Assembly: GCA_963795805.1 (NCBI GenBank)
Contig: CAWCIV010000001.1
Location: 581,859 to 645,858 of the forward strand
Direction: 5' to 3'
Source: an uncultured Chloroflexia bacterium
GTDB taxonomy: Bacteria > Chloroflexota > Dormibacteria > CF-121
DNA length: 64,000 bases
Shown: positions 60,996 to 64,000 of the stretch, piece after piece
Layout: the number at the start of each line of letters is the position of its first letter
Position numbering within the stretch: position 1 is the first letter of the stretch
The notes under the pieces: generated by a model
Databases searched by the model: none
Told to the model about the DNA's origin: nothing
What the model saw: only the letters and a program-made list of their open reading frames with translations
Program-made: the position numbers and the translations under genes

Positions 60996-61826
60996 ATGGC
61001 TGACGGGCCCATCTACAGCTGCTTCTCGGTTGAAAGTATCGCGGGCGTCTACGAAGACATCTATGTGCCGCGCATCTTCATCCCGTGGGCCGGCCTCCTG
61101 ATCGAGCAGGCCAGTCTGCGCACCGGCGAGTCGGTGCTCGACGTCGCCACTGGGCCCGGGACGGTGGCGCGCCTGGCTGCCGAAGAGGTTGGACCGAAGG
61201 GCCGCGTCGTCGCAACCGACATCAGTCCGGCCATGGTTGACATCGCTCGGCGAAAGCCGCGCGTGGCTGGCGGAGCCGAGATCCACTATGTCGTCTCGCC
61301 CGCCGCCCCGTTGACGGCGCCCGGGGCCGCGTTCGATGTCGTGACCTGTCAACAGGGCCTCCAATTCTTTCCTGATCGTGGTGCGGCCATCCGCGAGATG
61401 TTTCGCGCGCTCCGGCCAGGTGGGCGACTCGTCGCGGCGGTCTGGCGTGAGATCGCGATGCAGCCGATCTTCGACGCGATCAACACTGCCCTGCATGAAT
61501 GCCTGCCTGCCGAGACGGTAGCGCCGTACGCCGCGCCGTTCCGATGGTCAAATGGCCAGGAGCTTGCCAGTGCCCTGCGTGGCCAGGGTTTTAGGGATGT
61601 CAGGGTCGAGGAGCATCGATTGCCGGTTGTCTACGAAGGTGGCGTGCCACAGGCCATGGCCACGCTCGCGGCCTCACCGGTCGCCGCGGCGATTGCGGAC
61701 ATGCGGGAAGAAAACCGCAACCAGTTATGGAACGCCGGCGCGCATCATCTGAAGCCGCATCTCAAGGGTGGCCAGCTTCACGCCGAGATGGTTTCGAATA
61801 TCGCCACCGCCGCCAAGGAACGCTAG
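60996..61826 (+). CDS. class I SAM-dependent methyltransferase
   Basis: VLDVATGPGTVA (motif I), VVATDISPAM, FDVVTCQQGLQFFPD, LRPGGRLV motifs. Confidence 0.8.
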   Translation: MADGPIYSCFSVESIAGVYEDIYVPRIFIPWAGLLIEQASLRTGESVLDVATGPGTVARLAAEEVGPKGRVVATDISPAMVDIARRKPRVAGGAEIHYVVSPAAPLTAPGAAFDVVTCQQGLQFFPDRGAAIREMFRALRPGGRLVAAVWREIAMQPIFDAINTALHECLPAETVAPYAAPFRWSNGQELASALRGQGFRDVRVEEHRLPVVYEGGVPQAMATLAASPVAAAIADMREENRNQLWNAGAHHLKPHLKGGQLHAEMVSNIATAAKER

Positions 61827-61871
61827 CTCTACCCAGGGGTCGAATGCCTGTTTGCGAACCGCAGTTCGGAG

Positions 61872-61900
61872 TTGTGCGAGGAATCGGCGGCACGTACGCT
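61872..61900 (+). promoter_or_regulatory. candidate sigma-A-type promoter TTGTGC-17 nt-TACGCT, placing transcription start at about 61907 (first base of element E2)
   Basis: same hexamer/spacer geometry as the E1 promoter. Confidence 0.35.
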
Positions 61901-61906
61901 ACGCCG

Positions 61907-62082
61907 GCGACCTGTCAGAAAGCCAGCCGGTGACGGAAACGACACCGGTAAGCTCCCGAGGACCGGGGCCGCAAGGTCTCGGCTAGTACGGAGCGAAGGG
62001 TCTCTCGGAAACGGGTGACCTGGGCGGCGGAAACGAGTCGCTGGGTCACACCGGCGAGGAGTAAGCCGTAACGACGGGTCGC
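61907..62082 (+). ncRNA. candidate structured small RNA, copy E2 (about 176 nt), paralogue of E1
   Basis: identical 10-bp terminal helix and AGAAAGCCAG; hairpin CCGGUG-ACGGAAACGA-CACCGG (stem fully compensatory relative to E1, loop conserved); conserved CUGGGCGGCGG and GGCGAG..GUAAGCCGUAAC; followed by UUCAUUUUUCCU. Confidence 0.5.
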
Positions 62083-62225
62083 TTCATTTTTCCTGCAGGT
62101 CTGCTGGCTCCTCCTTCCCGAGCCTGGTGGACCTGCGCGCGTCAGGATCGGGCGTTCCGTGCCCGCTCGTGCCTGTTTGTTAGGAAATATTAGAACTAAC
62201 ATCTTCGCAGATCTTTACAAACTGT

Positions 62226-62254
62226 TGACTGAACGCCTGGAGCGGGTTAGGGTG
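62226..62254 (+). promoter_or_regulatory. candidate promoter TTGACT-17 nt-TAGGGT for the BNR-repeat gene
   Basis: lower-GC stretch 62170-62235 with TTGACT; would give a ~55-nt leader that excludes E2. Confidence 0.3.
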
Positions 62255-62317
62255 GGGGGGCCTTGGTGCGGGAACACCAGGGCCGAACCGGCTAGCAGCT
62301 CACCCTGGGAGGGAAAC

Positions 62318-64000
62318 TTGACTTTGAATTCACCTGGTTTGCGCGTCCGCCTGTTCTCACGTATCGCATCATTGGCCATTGGCGTCGTCGCCATCTTTGC
62401 AGTGGCGGCGACCAGCCAGCCGTTCCCCGCGACGCAGTCCGGGTCTGGCCTAAGCCAGGATCGACTGAACAAGGCCAGGGCGATCCTCAAGGATTCGCCC
62501 TTCAACGCAGCCGAGGAGCAGTACCTGAACCGGGCGCTGCCCAATACGACAATCTCGCTGCAGCAGGCCCAGAAGGCCAACCAGTCGTTCGGTGAGGTCC
62601 AGAACAAAGGGAACGAGCACGGCGATCAGAACGGCAACGGCGGCTGGCAACTGATCGGACCCACGGTGGGGAACGTTCCAGCTCCGGTGACGTACACGGG
62701 GCGGGCGACCACTGACTCCGGTCGCGTGACATCGCTGGCGATCGCCCCAACCTGCGTCCCGGGTAACTGCCGGCTCTATGTCGGCGCCGCCGGCGGCGGC
62801 ATCTGGATCACGGACGATGCCCTCGCCGTGCCCGCGCACTGGCGATCCTCATCGGCCGGCATGCAGTCCAACTCGATCGGGTCAATCACCATCGACCCCA
62901 CCGATCGCAGCGGCCGGACCATCTACGTCGGAACCGGCGAGCCCAACGGCTCGACCGACTCTGAAGCCGGCATCGGCCTTTACAAGTCGACCAACGGGGG
63001 AGCCAGCTGGAAGCTGGTCGAGGGCAGCGTGCCGGTCAGCCGCGACCGCAGCATCGCGGCCGTTTCGGTCGATCCGGCGAATGCCAACCACCTGCTGATT
63101 GGCACCGCCGTCGCCCGGCACGGGCACTCGGCCGTTTATGGCGGACGCCACACGCCGCCCGGAGCGCCCCTGGTCGGCATCTACGAGTCGACCAACGGCG
63201 GCCGGAGCTGGACCGCCGCCCTGATCCTGCCGCAGGACACGACCACCCCGAGCACCAGCGGTGGTGACTACTTCAAGGGCGGGATCTCTGACCTCCAGCT
63301 CAGCCCGCTCGATCCGACCACGGTCTATGCATCGACCTTCGTGTTCGGCGTGTACCGCCGGGCGCCGCACCTCGATGGCGATACGACGTTCCATCAGGTC
63401 CTGTCCGGTAACGATCAGGCCTCGCCATTCGCGTCTCAGGTGGAGCGGGCGCAGATCGCCGTGACCATGAAGAACGGCCACACGCGAGTCTATGCCGGCC
63501 TTGGTAACGGCGCAACGGCCGATTCGAACCTCTGGCGGGCAGATAACGCCGACCAACCGGCCGCGGCTCTATTTGGCTCCAAGGCGAGCGGGACTGGCGC
63601 CGGCGGACTCTGGAAAGATCTGTCCAACCCGACCCCCGGCACGCCGGGTTATGCCTCGTGGAACTGGTGTGGCGGCCAGTGCTCCTATGACATGCCGATC
63701 GCCACGCCGGCGGGACAGCCGGACAACATCTGGATCGGTGCCCAGATGCAGTACGACGACATCGGCCAGGGTGCACCGGGCGCCCCGAGCCCATCGAACG
63801 GCCGCACCATTCAGCGCTCGACAACGGCCGGTGAAAGCTTCACGGACATGACGAACGACGTCCAGTCGCCGCCGCTGGGGATGCACCCCGACCAGCATGC
63901 GATCGTCTTCGCTTCGTCGAACCCGGATATCGCGTTCATCGGTTCTGACGGCGGCGTGGTGCGGACGAACGGCCACTTCACCGATACCTCGTCCCAGTGC
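62318..64000 (+). CDS. large secreted BNR/Asp-box repeat protein (sortilin/GH74-like beta-propeller repeats), 3' end beyond window
   Basis: own translation from TTG 62318 (GGGAGGGA RBS): signal/TM LFSRIASLAIGVVAIFAVAA; repeated BNR motifs YKSTNGGASW, YESTNGGRSW, IGSITIDPTDRSGRTIYVGTGEPNGS, VDPANANHLLIGT; ORF absent from the track because it has no stop in the window. Confidence 0.6.
   Translation, partial: MTLNSPGLRVRLFSRIASLAIGVVAIFAVAATSQPFPATQSGSGLSQDRLNKARAILKDSPFNAAEEQYLNRALPNTTISLQQAQKANQSFGEVQNKGNEHGDQNGNGGWQLIGPTVGNVPAPVTYTGRATTDSGRVTSLAIAPTCVPGNCRLYVGAAGGGIWITDDALAVPAHWRSSSAGMQSNSIGSITIDPTDRSGRTIYVGTGEPNGSTDSEAGIGLYKSTNGGASWKLVEGSVPVSRDRSIAAVSVDPANANHLLIGTAVARHGHSAVYGGRHTPPGAPLVGIYESTNGGRSWTAALILPQDTTTPSTSGGDYFKGGISDLQLSPLDPTTVYASTFVFGVYRRAPHLDGDTTFHQVLSGNDQASPFASQVERAQIAVTMKNGHTRVYAGLGNGATADSNLWRADNADQPAAALFGSKASGTGAGGLWKDLSNPTPGTPGYASWNWCGGQCSYDMPIATPAGQPDNIWIGAQMQYDDIGQGAPGAPSPSNGRTIQRSTTAGESFTDMTNDVQSPPLGMHPDQHAIVFASSNPDIAFIGSDGGVVRTNGHFTDTSSQC

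Overview
High-GC (about 68%) chromosomal segment. Gene content suggests an Actinobacteria-like or Chloroflexi-like Terrabacteria genome: F420-type PPOX enzyme, DUF222/HNH 13E12-type endonuclease, CysO-like sulfur carrier, many GTG/TTG starts and overlapping start/stop junctions.

Content from start to end:
(i) 1-5.6 kb: catabolic genes (FAD oxidoreductase, APC permease, amidohydrolase) with broken reading frames, around an intact Rieske oxygenase.
(ii) 7.4-15.8 kb: a ten-gene, translationally coupled operon: CysO-like sulfur carrier - NIL-domain protein - MnmA - small membrane protein - FNR-type flavoprotein - NuoJ-NuoK-NuoL-NuoM-NuoN. This is a complex-I membrane arm with no NuoA-I genes in the window.
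(iii) 15.9-31.7 kb: housekeeping and accessory genes: class A PBP, CDP-alcohol phosphatidyltransferase, LivJ-like SBP, CPBP protease, CtaG, Fur-MFS-VIT1 iron module, Zn-ribbon protein, YjbQ, MBL hydrolase, HNH/DUF222 endonuclease.
(iv) 31.7-41.8 kb: a glycan-utilisation locus: SDR, family-5 SBP with DppBCDF-like ABC transporter, DUF3131-like hydrolase, GH39 enzyme with FN3-like domain.
(v) 42.7-54.3 kb: a nucleoside-salvage supercluster: adenosine deaminase, BMP-family nucleoside ABC transporter with three BMP paralogues (one multiply frameshifted, both permeases frameshifted), upp, nucleoside phosphorylase, thymidine phosphorylase, and an orphan TadE-like gene.
(vi) 54.9-57.6 kb: TadG-like/TadE/TadE pseudopilin trio.
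(vii) 57.8-62.1 kb: two paralogous structured non-coding elements (about 247 and 176 nt) with their own promoter-like boxes, a 10-bp terminal helix, a covarying GAAA-capped hairpin and U-rich tails. They lie as direct repeats around an atypical PaaA/PaaB/PaaC/split-PaaD diiron oxygenase cassette plus a SAM methyltransferase. A large BNR-repeat secreted protein follows and runs off the window.

No rRNA, tRNA, CRISPR array or recognisable transposase was seen.
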